From the NCBI RefSeq assembly GCF_004010195.1, contig NC_057718.1:71523486-71587485 (forward strand): a DNA stretch of 64,000 nucleotides, read 5' to 3'. The notes beneath the pieces were generated by a model, which had not been told where the DNA came from, did no database searches, and was given only the letters and a program-made list of their open reading frames with translations. This DNA is from Chiloscyllium plagiosum. Lineage: Eukaryota. Shown here piece after piece: positions 12,621 to 26,100 of the stretch. A program made the position numbers and the translations under genes. Position 1 is the first letter of the stretch. Every line of letters starts with the position of its first letter.

Positions 12621-13372
12621 TGTAAAACCTGCGCCCACACCACCTCCCTCACCTCTATCCAAGGCCCTAAAGGAGCCTTCCACATCCATCAAAGTTTTAC
12701 TTACACATCCACTAATATCATTTATTGTATACGTTGCTCCCGATGCGGTCACCTCTACATTGCAGAGAATGGGCGGCTCCTAGCAGAGCGCTTTAGGGAA
12801 CATCTCTGGGACACCCGCATCAATCAACCACACCGCCCCGTGGCCCAACATTTCAACTCCCCCTCCCACTTTGCCGAGGACATGGAGGTCTTGGGCCTCC
12901 TTCACCGCCGCTCCCTCACCACCAGACACCTGGAGGAAGAACGCCTCATCTTCCGCCTCGGAACACTTCAACCCCAGGGCATTAATGTGGACTTCAACAG
13001 CTTCCTCATTTTCCCTTCACCCACCTCATCCTAGTTCCAAACTTCCAGCTCAGCACTGTCCCCATGACTTGTCCGGACTTGTCCGACCTGCCTAGCTCCT
13101 TTTCCACCTATCCACTCCACCCTCTCCTCCCTGACCTATCACCTTCAACTCCTCCCCCACTCACCCATTGTACTCTATGCTACTCTCTCCCCACCCCCAC
13201 CCTCCCCTAGCTTATCTCTCCACGCTTCAGGCTCACTGCCTTTATTCCTGATGAAGGGCTTTTGCCCAAAACGTCGATTTCAAAGCTCCTTGGATGCTGC
13301 CTGAACTGCTGTGCTCTTCCAGCACCACTAATCCAGAATCTGGTTTCCAGCATCTGCAGTCATTGTTTTTAC
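12621..13372 (+). mobile_element. Penelope-like element 3' part (GIY-YIG region plus terminal repeat, family A)
   Basis: DNA at about 12710-12760 translates as TNIIYCIRCSRCGHLYI (GIY-YIG-type); ORF 12840..13034 has AQHFNSPSH...LEEERLIFRLGTLQPQGINVDF; hammerhead remnant at 13244-13279 with GAAA changed to AAAA. Confidence 0.88.
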
Positions 13373-13644
13373 CCCACAAAGATCAGCAAGGCTGCCCATG
13401 TTTTCTGCCCTGAAGAACATTAGTGAACCAGATGTGTTTTTCTAGCAATCGGGAAATGGGTTCACGGTCTTCATTAGACTCTTAATTCCAGATTTTTATT
13501 GAATTCAAGTTCTGTCATCTCATGGTGGATTTGAATCAAGGTCTCCAGATTAACAATCAGTGATAATACCACTCAGCCACTGCCTCCCCTTCTGCTTGTG
13601 ATTGGTGCAATTTTTAAAAAAGGGGACAATGTGGCCTTACTCAG

Positions 13645-13916
13645 AGTCCCTACAACATGGAAGCAGGCCATTTTGCCCATTTGAATCCATACCAACACTC
13701 TCAAGAGCACCCACCTCCACCCGCCCCAGTGCAATTTAGCATAGCCAGTCCACCTAACCTGCACAACTTTGGACTGTGGGAAGAAACTGGAGCACCCAGA
13801 GGAAACCCACACAGACATGGGGAGAACTCTGCACATAGTTGCCCAACGGTGGAATTGAACCCAGGTCCCTAATGTTGTGAAGTACCTGTGTTAACCACTG
13901 AGTCACCTTGCTGCCC
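13645..13916 (-). mobile_element. tRNA-derived SINE (HE1/V-SINE-like), diverged
   Basis: Reverse complement has CAGTGGTTAACAC...GGGTTCAATTCC and the central GTGTGGGTTTCCTCTGGGTGCTCCAGTTTC domain. Confidence 0.85.
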
Positions 13917-16900
13917 TATTGGAAGAACCTTCTAAGATATTATCTCATCTCATTATTGTAGTAATTGACTCATCATTCAATAAAATGACACTAGCTCTTT
14001 CATTTAACTCCCCCACACCCCACCCATGTCTTGTCTGAAGATTTTAAAGCCCAATAATTGAACTGCCAGTCATTACCTTCTTCAACCAGGCACTGTGCTC
14101 AAGACCATTAATAGATTAAGGACAAAAGGTAGCAAAGGAGAGAAGATCAGCAAGGCAGCTTATGTGTGGAACTGCAGGAGATGGAGTTAGTAAATGGGTA
14201 TTTTGCATCAGTGTTTACTGTGGAAAGGACATGGAAGATGCAAAATGTGGAGAAATAAATGGTGACATCTTGAAAAATGTCCTTATTACAGAGGAAGTGT
14301 TGTTGGATGTGTTGAAACACTTAGAAGTGTATAAAGCCCCAAGACATGACCAGGTGTCCCCTAGAACTCTGTGGGAAGCGATTGCTGGGCCCTTTGCTGA
14401 GACATTTGTATCCGGATGTCAGAGGTGGGATGCTGGAAGACAGGATGTTGGCTAACGTTGTGCCACTATTTAAGAAAGGTGGTAAAGAAAGGCCAGGGAA
14501 CTATAGACCGGTGAGCCTGACTTTGATGCTGGAGGGAATCCTGAGCGGCAGAATTTACATTTTTGGAAAGGCAAGGACTGATTAGGGATAGGCAGCGTGG
14601 CTTTGTGTGTGGGAAAACATCTATCATGAACTTGATCGAGTTTTTTGCAGAAGTAACAAAGAGGATTGAGGGCAGAGTGGTGGACGTGATCTATATGGAC
14701 TTCAGTGGTGGAAGGTTGCTTTTCAGACTGGACACCTGTGAGCCACAAGGATCGGCACTGGGTGCAGAACTAGAGGGCATAGGTTCAGGGTGAGAGGGGA
14801 AAGATCTAAAAGGGACATATGGGGCAACTTTTTTCACACACAGGGTGGTGTGTGTATGGAATGGCTGTCAGAGGTGGTGGAGACTCATAGAATTGCAGAT
14901 GTAAAAGGCACCTGGGAGGGTATATGAATAGGGAGGGTTTAGAGGGATTTGGTGTAAGTCCTAGCAAATGGTACGAGGTTAGGTTAGGATATCTGGCTTG
15001 CACGAGTTGAACTAAAAGGGTCTGTGGCCATGGTGTATATCTCTATGACTCTATAACTCCTCTGCCTTGCAATTTTCCATGCACTAAAATAATTGCTGTC
15101 TACCCTTACCATGCTCCCTTGTGGTTTAACATGCTTGCATGTATTCTTCCTTCAAGTCTGACTTAGTTTTTCCTCTGTTATTGTTTGTGGATCACTTTCT
15201 ACTATACCTCCATTCTATATCTCTCTCCCTTCCAAACTAGGTTAACCCTCTACCAAAAGCTCCAGTTCAGATACAACCTATTGGAGTACAGATCACATTG
15301 TTCTAGAAACCCCAGAAATGGATCCTGTGTTCCAAGAATTTTAGGCCCTTCCTGTGTGTCAATTACTCAGTCATGCATTCACCTGTCTACTCCTACACAC
15401 ACTCATATGTGGCACTGGGAGTAATCCAGAGATTACAACCTTCGAGAATCTGCTTTTCAATCTACTACCTAGCTCTCTCAATTCTTGTTTCAGAACCTCC
15501 TCCCTGTTTCGCCTACATTATTGGTATCTAATTACCAATCTAACTGCTCACCCTCTCCCTTCTAGAATGCGTTGCAGATATTCAGTGACATCATTAAACG
15601 TGGCCTGAGGAGGCTGGACTCTAGCTGCACTCCCCAAAGAATCTTATACTGTTTTTCAGCAGTGAAAAACTCTCTCTCTTTTTGCATGAGATGTACTTAG
15701 TGCTATCCTTGAAGATCTTGGCCCATGGGAGGGGTCCCTTGGTTCTGCAATCGGTCAAATAAGCACGCAATTTGGTTTGGTTCTGGAAGATTTCACACTT
15801 TATTATCACAGCCGTGCTCAGGTTGTTCAGCAACACGGAGGTTAAATGCTTCAGTGTTCCTTGGAGAAATTGTGCAAATGGCTTAAAACAAAGGCAATTT
15901 TTATACAGTGTTTGAAAAGTGGTGCCGCCTTAATTATTACAGAGCAAATCCAATAAAATTTAATAAAATGACATAATAGACATAAGGGTAATTCAATTAT
16001 ATTACCTGGGAACTAACATTGTTTTGCACATCTTATCTCTCGGCACCTGTATCTCCAAGGTTAGCTAGGATGGTTAGTAATGTCCTGTCTGGTTTAGTTA
16101 ATTCCATACTGTGAAAGAAGCATTATCTGCTATTCTTTGGTTCAGTTAGTTCAGGAATGCAGTTTTTAACAGGGTAAAAAGCCATTTTAAACAAAGTTGT
16201 CAATTTGCAGCCTAGAAGCCATTGTTATGTTACTTTGTTACTTGCATTAAGAAGCCATTTTGTTGTGAGTAAGGGCATGTATTAGATGCTTGCTCCTGAT
16301 AATAGCCTAAATCCAGATTTTAGATCCTCATCCTGACTACCTGACTGTCTCTTTTCTGACTGGTACTTGAGTGAAGTTTTGCATATACTTGTGCTGGAAA
16401 CACACAGTTTTTATCCAAAGAGATCATTGGGATATCTATTGCTTAAGTGCAGTAGTGAGAATTTTTTTCCTGTCAACATTATGGTTGTATTTCTATTATG
16501 GTACAGGTTGTTTCAAAGTTTTTAAAGTGCTTACTTTTGGCATACAACCTAAAATATGTCAACTGTGACAATGCCATTGCAATGTTTGGCATTGGATTTT
16601 TAAACACTCTTTTTTAATGACGTGCATACTAGACTCAGGGTGAAGGTTAGAGCACGTGGAATTGAGATGAGGAACAATACGTATAACAAGCATTGACAAA
16701 ATAGAGGTTGATAAGATCTTTCCATTCATGGATGAATTTTGAACTCCAGGACATGGTTACAGAATTGAGAGACAATCTTAAAACTAAAATGCAAAGGAAT
16801 TTATTCTCCCACAAAATAGAAAAATTGTGGAATTTTCTACCCCTGAAATTTGTGGAGGCTCGATCACTGAAAGTATTTAAATAAAAAATAAATTCTTGAA

Positions 16901-17142
16901 ATATTGGGGGAGTTGAGGGCAATGAGGAGTTCTCATGCAAGATGCTTTGAGGTCCATGGCAAATAATCTATGATCTTATTGAATGGCAGGGCAGGCTTGT
17001 GGGGCTAATTAATATCCTGTTGGTCCTATTTCACATCTTCTAACTTTGATAGTAGTACGTTACGGCTTCAAAGTAATTGTAAGAATTTTGTGACTATTAG
17101 TCGATAATTATCTTAAGTAACCTTTTCTTTTCAGATACCAGA

Positions 17143-17172
17143 ATGACGAATGAAGAACCTCTCCCAAAGAAG
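17143..17172 (+). CDS. WTAP: WTAP first coding exon (exon 2; exon starts at 17135 with 8 nt of 5'UTR), MTNEEPLPKK
   Basis: Acceptor ccttttcttttcag|ATACCAGA ATG with A at -3; donor AAG|gtaagc. Contributes the first half of the basic PKKVRL NLS-like motif. Confidence 0.96.
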
Positions 17173-20100
17173 GTAAGCACAAAAACAAAATGCGTTAACT
17201 ATACCTGAAACTTGTGATAGCGAAAACTGATGACCTGTTTATTTTTCCTCTCTTCACAATAGGTTCGCTTAAGTGAATCGGATTTCAAAACCCTATCCAG
17301 AGATGAGTTGTGTTCCAGGTATTGCTTTGCTAAAATAAAATAATAAATGGGTGGTAACTGTTGAACATGCATAAGAAATTGAGGTAACATTTATTCTTGA
17401 CACATGATTTAGATGGGATTTTTTATGAAATTACAGGTTCAGATTTTTTCATATCAGATTGAGATCAAAAGTCTGGGTCTTTACTGCAATCCAGGGCGAC
17501 TTAGGCCGCTCACACTAATTTTTGCATTAGCCTGTTACAGCTGTATATGGTTCTTTTATGTTTGAAGGCTTTAAATGAAAGGGAGCTGTAAATCAGTAGC
17601 AAAACTGGTGCTCTATGGGGTTAAATATGATGTTTCTTATAGTTGGAACTTACGATTGAAAGTCATGCTTTGTATCGTAAACTTGTGATTACAGTTAGTA
17701 GGTTGGGTACAAATTAATGTTTAAGTGCTAAGAAGGGAAGGGTGTGTTAAATTAACATCCCTCGATGTTATTTGTAACCATAGTACCAGTATTCAACATA
17801 TCCAATCTGAAATGGGCTTTATATCCAGTCCTAATTTGAAAGAGTTATAAATGTATCATCACATACAGCAAACATAAAACCCAGTTAACAACAGTGCCAA
17901 CTTTTTCATGTTTTAAATGAAACCTAATGCCTGAATGTTCCTGGTCAAACTCTTAGAATAAAACATTTCCAGCAGTGGAAGAGCATTATTGAACTTGTGT
18001 TATTCCTGAAGAATGTGTTCAAGCAAACCCTAAATGCTGCATCATTGCTGTCATTAGAAGTGAAGTTCAGTTATCAGATGGAAGAATGTTAAATACTCTT
18101 TGCTCATGCTGTTGATAAACAATATGCATGCTTAGTCCAGGATTCGAGCTCATTGTAGACCAAACTCTCTCACTTTTCTTTCTTGATCTGCATCATTATT
18201 GTCTTCCTAACATTGTAATTCTCTAGAATTTCTCAACATTTTGCTCCAAGTCTCTCAATATCTGACTTCAGATATATAGGTTAGATTCCCCTTCATCCTC
18301 TTTATGAGAATTCATTTCCTCATCTAATCTTTCTCAAGGTCTGATAATTTACTGTTCTACCTGCTAAACTTGTTTCCCATCCAGCTGCTCAGCTTATTGA
18401 ATAAGTATTTTCACATTTTTTTTCTTCCCTTTTATTAATCCAGTGATCTGGCAGCCACTATTCCTGGAATAATCCCCAACAGGAATGCCCCACTTTGTTC
18501 CGCAGCACGTTATTCAGTATTATTTCCTCCTTTGTTTGATTGGAAACATTTTGATAGGGAGTCTTTCCTGTGCACATTTCAGGAAGTCATCTTGTCACCC
18601 TTTTGCACAATACTTCCCTAGTTTACACAAAGTTTACATTTTTAATCAGTACTTCAGTTTCTTCACCTTTTTTTCTTTAAACTGCATACATTGAATCAGG
18701 TATATTAAATGCCCAATTCTGCTCTCATTTAAGAGTATTATTTCTTCTTAAGCAAGAATGTAGTTAGAGCTTGCATGGAATCAGCCCAATTTGAATGATA
18801 TACCCAAGATTCCACTGTCTTGCTTTTCTCAGCCAAGGCTGATTCCGCTTATTGTTGGCTATATTTCCAATGCTCTTTGCCTTTCCCCTTTCTTGCGCTT
18901 TTTCTAGCACAGCAGTAGTGAACATTCCCCCGTGAGGCTGTATGGTCCTAGCCTTGCTGAAGTATCATCCAAGTTATACAGGGCCTTTTGCATCAAACCT
19001 GGTCCCAAAAATGCATAAATCTGAAGTTTTGCACCATTTCTTGGTGTTCTAAAGATAAATGCCAAGCTCAAGTTATTTTTATTCAACAAATTTTCCAAGG
19101 TTCCATGTACATTGCTAGCTACAATCTCATTGTGTTTTACCACTTCAAAGATTGAATCACATGAAGATAAGTCCCTTTGTTCTTTTGCACATTGTTAGAA
19201 CTGTCATTAAGGTTATACTGTCTCTCCTATCAAAACATACCACCATTCTATTTCCTAACTAAATTCCACTGGTCATTTCTCAAAATGATCAGGCAACCTA
19301 TTGTCTCATAGGTGATTTGTTAATATCTTCACTCCTTGCCACTCCAGATTTGGTGATTAGCATGTAATATTAAATTCATTGGTTTGGAAGTGATGCACTA
19401 AGATGGATAGAGAACAGGCTGGCAGACTGGAAATAAAGTATATAGGGAAGGAATACATAGCCTTTTTTCCAGGTGGCAGCCAATGGGCCCCAGCTATTCA
19501 CAATGTTAATGATTCAAATGAAGGAACTAAAGGTATATCTCCAAGTTTTCAGCCAACACAGCAGTGTCTGTGATTGTCACCTGAGACTGGATCAGAATCC
19601 TAGAACTTCTTTGTACCAGCACTGTGGGTGTACTATGCCATGTGAGATGTAGTGATTCAAGAAGGTGACCTTCTCCAAGGCAATGAAGGAGTGGGTCTTA
19701 CATTTTGACTTGTCAGCCAAACCTCCACCCATAAACGAATGAAAAGAAAATTTCACAAAGGCTCAGTTACACAATTTTTCTACCGTTTAACTGACACCTC
19801 TACATAAAATACAAGATTCCTGCCTCCATAGATTTGTCCATACGACTACTCAATTGGTTGATTCTTCTGTCCTGACCATGTTGACAAAGCAGTGTTTTAA
19901 CATCAGTCCTGTGACCTGGCGCAGTGCTTATGTGGTTTACATAATGTATATAAATGCAATCGCTCACTGCGTGGAGGACCTTCTAAGAGCATGGGACTTG
20001 GTGCATGTAGACAAAACCATCTCGAAATTAATTTCCTTTCTATTGCTAGCATCAGCAATCAATTGGATCTTCATGACAGTTATTCTCTTGAATTGGAAAA

Positions 20101-23100
20101 CTGCTGGTATCAATCTTAAAGAAGAAGAGAAAGAAACTAGCAAATTATGTCTTTGTCTTAATGTCTGTTGGATGATAGCTGCTAGAAACGTTTGTTCAGG
20201 GTAGAGTGAACAAGCATCACAATAGACAGCGAGGATTTATACAAGGTATATAAGGGTCTTCTCTGGGTACTGAGGTTCCTTCCTACAGTCTGAGGATCTG
20301 CAGGTTAGGTAGATGGGCTGTGCTAAATTGCCCATTGTGTATAGGGGTATGTCGGTTGGGTGGAATTCCCATGGGAAATGCAGGGTCACCCAGATAGGGT
20401 AGGGCAGTGGATCTGGGTGGGATGCTTTTCAGAAGTTTGGTGTGGATTGCTTCTGCACTGTAAGGGTTTAGGAATTCAACAATTCTGTCTAATAAACATA
20501 ATTGAATTTTGAGGGATAATAAAAGTAATGTGTATAAATATTCGTATGGATTTCTGGAAGGCTCTCAGTAAGGATCCGCTGAAGGTACTTAACAAAGATG
20601 AGTTTGTGTCAAATCAAATGCGTTAACTGGCTTGAATAGAAAGTAGGAGACAGTAAAGGCAATAATAGTGTGTGTTCCAGGTAGCAGGATTGATCTGTTC
20701 TCCAGGAATTGGTGGTGGAAAGTGCTGACAAATAGGGTGGTGGGATGTTAAGAGTTTGAGTGACAACTACTTGTCAATTTTGACCAATGTGCAAAGATGC
20801 AGTGTATTCTCTTTTGAACCAAAAGAGTATTTTGGTTTTTCTAAATGGTGAGAAACTCAGAACTGAGAATGCTCAAATTTTGATGTTCCAGTACAAAAAA
20901 AATTAAAACTTTTGGATATGTACAGTAATTAGGCCAATGAAATGATGGCTTTTGAGGGCTGAAATACAAGGGTATCGAAATTAAATTATAGTTGCACAGA
21001 ACTCTGGTTCAGATTAATCTGCAGTGTTGCATTCAGTTCTCGTCCATCACCACTTTTTAAAAAATGTACAGACTTAGCAGATATATACCATAGTTAAATC
21101 ATAAGGATAGTTGATATTCTCTAATATTAAGAGAAATGTAGTTAATATGCTTAATTTGTTTTGGATTTGATGGGATAGATGGAGGGAGTCTATTTCCCCT
21201 TATGGAGGAAGTCCAAATCAAACAGGCTCAAAATTAAAGCTAAGCCATTCAGGAAAGAAGTCAGGAAACATTTCTCAGTAGAACAATAATGAAATTTAGA
21301 ACTCTCTTCTAAATAATATTGAGACTAGGTCTGTTGAAACTTTCAAAACTGAGATAACCTTCGTTTCAGAAGGGTACAGATTTAATTGGATAGATAAATT
21401 TAATTATAGTTCTGCCAGTAATTGAAGGTAGAAAAAGCCCAAGAGTCTGAACTACTCGTGTGCCACTGACCAAATCAGATTATGTGAATGTAGTTTTACT
21501 GTATTTGCATAGGAAAATGTTATGTGTCTAATATTTGGCTCCCTTCCTTCCTCTAGATGGAAACAGCAAGAAGTCTATGTACATGCATTAGAGACTAAGT
21601 GCTCAGAGCTCAGCTGTAAGTTGCTTTAATTTGTTCATAATTGACTTGAATTTAGAAAATTTACGTTTAATTAAAATAGGCAATGAAAATTTTTAAAAAG
21701 TATTGAATCATTGATTGGTAGTCGCCAGTTGTATGTGTTAAACATTTGTTTTACTATATTAAATTATATAATGGAGATAAAATTCTGGGGTTGATTCTTT
21801 TAATTGAGTGTGAATTTGCATATTTTGAGTGCTCTCTTCCTGGTGATCAGGTCAGTTGCAAAATATAAGGGACGTAGTACTTATTCAAATCAATGTGACA
21901 ACAGAGTAGCAAGTAGTCATTTTAGTAGTGCAACAATTGCAGAATCATATCAAATGTTGAGCACTGCTGCAATTTCTTCAAATGTAGACAGGTTGGTTAT
22001 GACTGCTTTTTGTGAACAGCTGAATGGATATACTATCTGATACAATCCACCAGTCTTTGGGACTTGCATACCTGGCACCACACCTGCAATTCAACAATAT
22101 TTGCTGGACATTCCTAAGTATGTGAACAATTATGCTAACAAACAGTTTAGGATTGTTAGTTAAGCTCACAGGACAACACAATTGTGTGTTACATAGAAAC
22201 ATAGAAAAATACAGCGCAGTACAGGCCCTTTGGCCCTCGATGTTGCACCGATCCACAAGCCCACCTAACCTACACTAGCCCACTATCCTCCATGTGCCTG
22301 TCAATGCCTGTTTAAATGCCCATAAAGAGGGAGAGTCCACCACTGCTACTGGCAGGGCATTCCATGTTCTGGAAGCTTCGTATATTAGTACATTGAGGGG
22401 CGGCACGGTGGCACAGTGGTTAGCACTGCTGCCTCACAGCGCCAGAGACCTGGGTTCAANNNNNNNNNNNNNNNNNNNNNNNNNNNNNNNNNNNNNNNNN
22501 NNNNNNNNNNNNNNNNNNNNNNNNNNNNNNNNNNNNNNNNNNNNNNNNNNNNNNNNNNNNNNTTGTTGGGCCGAAGGGCCTGTTTCCACACTGTAAGTAA
22601 TCTAATCTAATCATCTAATCTAATCTATAAGGCTGTATTCACAGGCAGAAGTAACATGTACAGTCCATCTATCTCAACTCTGCAAAGTAAATGGCACCCA
22701 TTTATCAATTCATTTCTCAGGGCCCTGCTTTAATGGATCAGATTTGGCAGTTAATTGTCATAATTAATTGCATTCTGATTGGTAGTGCCTCTACCAATCA
22801 ATCCAGTTTCCAACTATTCACCATTCTTGTACAGTATAAATATTGAGTTTGCTCTTAAATTGGATTTTTTGCAAATTGTCCTGATGAATACAAGACAAAA
22901 AGCTTCACCAGATGTCTTTCTTGGCAGTAATAAAGTAGCATGTCAGAAAACCAATAGCTTTAGTTTTTGAATGATCCAACTTTTGATAGATGGTGAAGCT
23001 TTTTTTAAAAAAAAACCCTGCTTAGCCAAAAATAATTCGATATATCTTAAAGTTGCTTTCTTGAGTTTAATTGGTTCACTTTTTTAAGAATTTGCACTAC

Positions 23101-26100
23101 CTTACTTACTACTTCACGCCACCTCATCTTATAAAAGAGCAGAACACTTGAGAAATTTGGTAATATTAAATTTGTTAAAGCTTGATAAAACAGAAATTCT
23201 ACTGAACTTGCATTACATTGACTTAGAATTGTTGCTTTTGATTTTCATTATACTCTCCACAGCTACCCCTGTGAGTAGAATTTCACAGAATTCAAATGTA
23301 ATTTGAACCAAACTTAACATGTTTCCCTAAATTTGGAGTTGGTACAACTGCCTTGAGAGTGCCTTGTTGTGACTTATAATTAAAAGATTGATATGAAAGT
23401 ACAAGTAAAACTTGTATCTAATTCATTCCTGTGAATTCTGTAAAATGCAGTTTCGTTCTAAGGATTTGTTGGCAATGTGGTCAGATAATAGTTGAGGAAG
23501 AATGCATTTTTCATGTTGTGAACAGCCAAACTTGTGCTCTGACAAGATTAGAAGAGCATGGTTTTTCATGGTGTAGTGTTCATCTTAAACTTATTGGCTT
23601 GTGGAGATGCTCCAATGTTTAAAGCAAAGGAAACATTTGCTTGTAGACTTGGGTTTTTTGTTTAAATTATTATTCCGGGCAGGCAACATAATTTGATAAT
23701 GTAGTCATAAAATAGTACAGCTCAGAGGGGGTCAGTTGCCTGTTTCAAAGAGCAGTTTAGCTGGTTTCTGATCCACCACCTCTTTCCTCAACCCTACAAT
23801 ATTTTTCCTTCAGTATTTTAATTGTGTATCAATTGTGGAATTAGGTAATGGGCTGGAGTACTTTTGAGTCAGATGAATTTTGTTCAGGTTTCACCTGCTC
23901 TAGAGATGTGTAGTTACATTGCTGACCAGGTTGATTGAAAAGTCTAATTTTTTTAAAAGAACTGCTTATGGTGACCATATTCGAACATGCGTGGCATCAA
24001 GTAGAGTTGATGGCAGTTAGTAAAAGTGTCTGCAGTTTGAAGTAATACCTAATAGGAAGGAAGGTTGCTAATCAGTCAAGAACCGTGTGGAGTTTGCACA
24101 TTTTCCCCGTGTCTGCGTGGGTTTCCTCCGGGTGCTCCAGTTTCCTCCCACAATCCAAAAATGTGCAGGTTAGGTGAATTGGCTATGCTAAATTGCCTGT
24201 AGTGTTAGGGGAATGGGTCTGGGTGGGTTGCGCTTCGGCGGGTTGGTGTGGACTTGTTGAGCCGAAGGGCCTGCTTCCACACTCTAAATAATCTAATCTA
24301 ATCTAATCTAAACAAAGATCAATACAGCACAGGAATACACTGTTTGGACCTTCAAGTTTGCACCAATACATTTTGTGCTTCTATACTGAAACTGCGTTCA
24401 CTTAGAGGATTAATTCTGTTCCCTTCCTATTCATGTATTCACCCAGACGCTTCTTGAAAACTGCTATTGTGTCTGCTTTCACTACCTCTGGCAGCATGTT
24501 CCAGGCACTCCCCAACCTTTTGAGTGGAAAAACCTGCTTTGCGCATTTTTGTTTAAACCGCTCTAGCCTGTGATTGCTAGTAATGGCCCCTCCACTCTCC
24601 AGCCTTCTACTTCTCATTTTATCCATACTATTCCCAATCTTATAAACTTCTTTTAGGTCACCCTTTAACATCCTGCGTTCCAATGCAAACAAGCCCAGTC
24701 TATCCAACCTTTATTCATAGCTAAAATACCCCAAACCAAGCAACATCCTGTTAAAGCTTTTCAGTACCCTCTCCAAAGCATTGACATCTTTCTGGTAGTA
24801 TGTTGACCAGAAATGGACACAATATACCAAGTGTGGCCTTACTAAATTTGTATAAAACAGCATGACTTGTCTAGTGGTTGTTGCAGGTTCCGGGATTCAG
24901 ATGTTTCAGTAAGAACAGAGAAGATGGTAAAAGAGGGGGAGGTGTGGCATTGTTGATCAGGGACATTATCACAGTTGTAGAAAGGATGTTTGGGGACTCG
25001 TTAACTGAGGCTGAGGTTAGAAACAGGAAAGGAGAAGTCACCGCTGGGAATTTTCTATAGGCCTCCGAATAGTCCCAGAGATGTAGAGGAAAGGATAGCA
25101 AAGATGATTCTCGGTAGATGTGAGAGAGGCAGGGTAGTTGTCATGGGGGACTTCAACTATCCAAATATTGACTGGGATCACTACAGTACGAGTACTATAG
25201 ATGGATCAGTTTTTGTCCAGTGTGTGCAGGAGGGTTTCCTGACACAGTATGTAGACAAGCTGACAAGGGGCGAAGCCACTTTAGATTTAGTACTGGGTAA
25301 CGAGCCTGGCCGGGTGTTAGATTTGGAAGTAGGTAAGCACTTTGGAGACAGTGATCACAATTCTGTCAGGTTTACTTTAGTGATGGAAAGGTATAGGTGT
25401 ACTCCACCGAGCAAGAGTTACAGCTGGGGGAAGGGAGATTACGATGCAATTAGGAAAGATTTAGGAAGCGTAGAATGGGGAAGGAAACTGCAGGGGGTGA
25501 GCACATTAAAAATGTGGAGCTTATTCAAGGAAAAGCTCCTATGTGTCCTTGATAAGTATGTACCTGTGAGGCAGGGAGTAAGCTGTAGAGCGCGGGAGCG
25601 GTGGTTTACTAAAGAAGTGGAACCCCTGGCCAAGAAGAAGGCTTATGTTAGGACAAAATGTGAAAACTCAGTTAGGGCACTTGAGGGTTACAAGGAAGTC
25701 AGGAAAGACCTAAAAAGAGAGCTCAGTAGAGTCAGGAGGAGACATGGGAAGTTGTTGGCGGATAGGATCAGGGTTAACCCTAAGGCTATTCCATAGGTAT
25801 GTCAGGAATAAAAGAATGACGGGAGTTAACTTAGGACCAATCAAGGATAATAGTGGGAAGTTGTGTGTGGAGTCAGAGGAGATAGCGGAAGCACTAAATA
25901 AATATTTTTTGACAGTGTTCACTATAGAAAATGAAAATGTTGACTAGGAAGATACAGAGATACTTGCATCCAGACTAGAAGAGATTGAGGTTCACAAGGA
26001 AGAGGTATTAGAAATACTGCAGAGTGCGAAAATAGACAAGTCCCCTGGGCCGGATGGGATCTATCCTAGGATCCTCTGGGAAGCAAGGGAAGAGATTTCC

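Larger units (their letters stand above)
5620..15060 (+). mobile_element. Decayed CR1 LINE in pieces (about 5620-5820, 11985-12620, 14100-15060), interrupted by L1, PLE and SINE insertions
   Basis: ELRNKKG...GLCYR...KNNRMVMVTDF continues as NFRNTDWD after the L1; ADRVKENP in ORF 12535; PGNYRPVSL and DVIYMDFS in ORFs 14346 and 14563. Confidence 0.75.
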
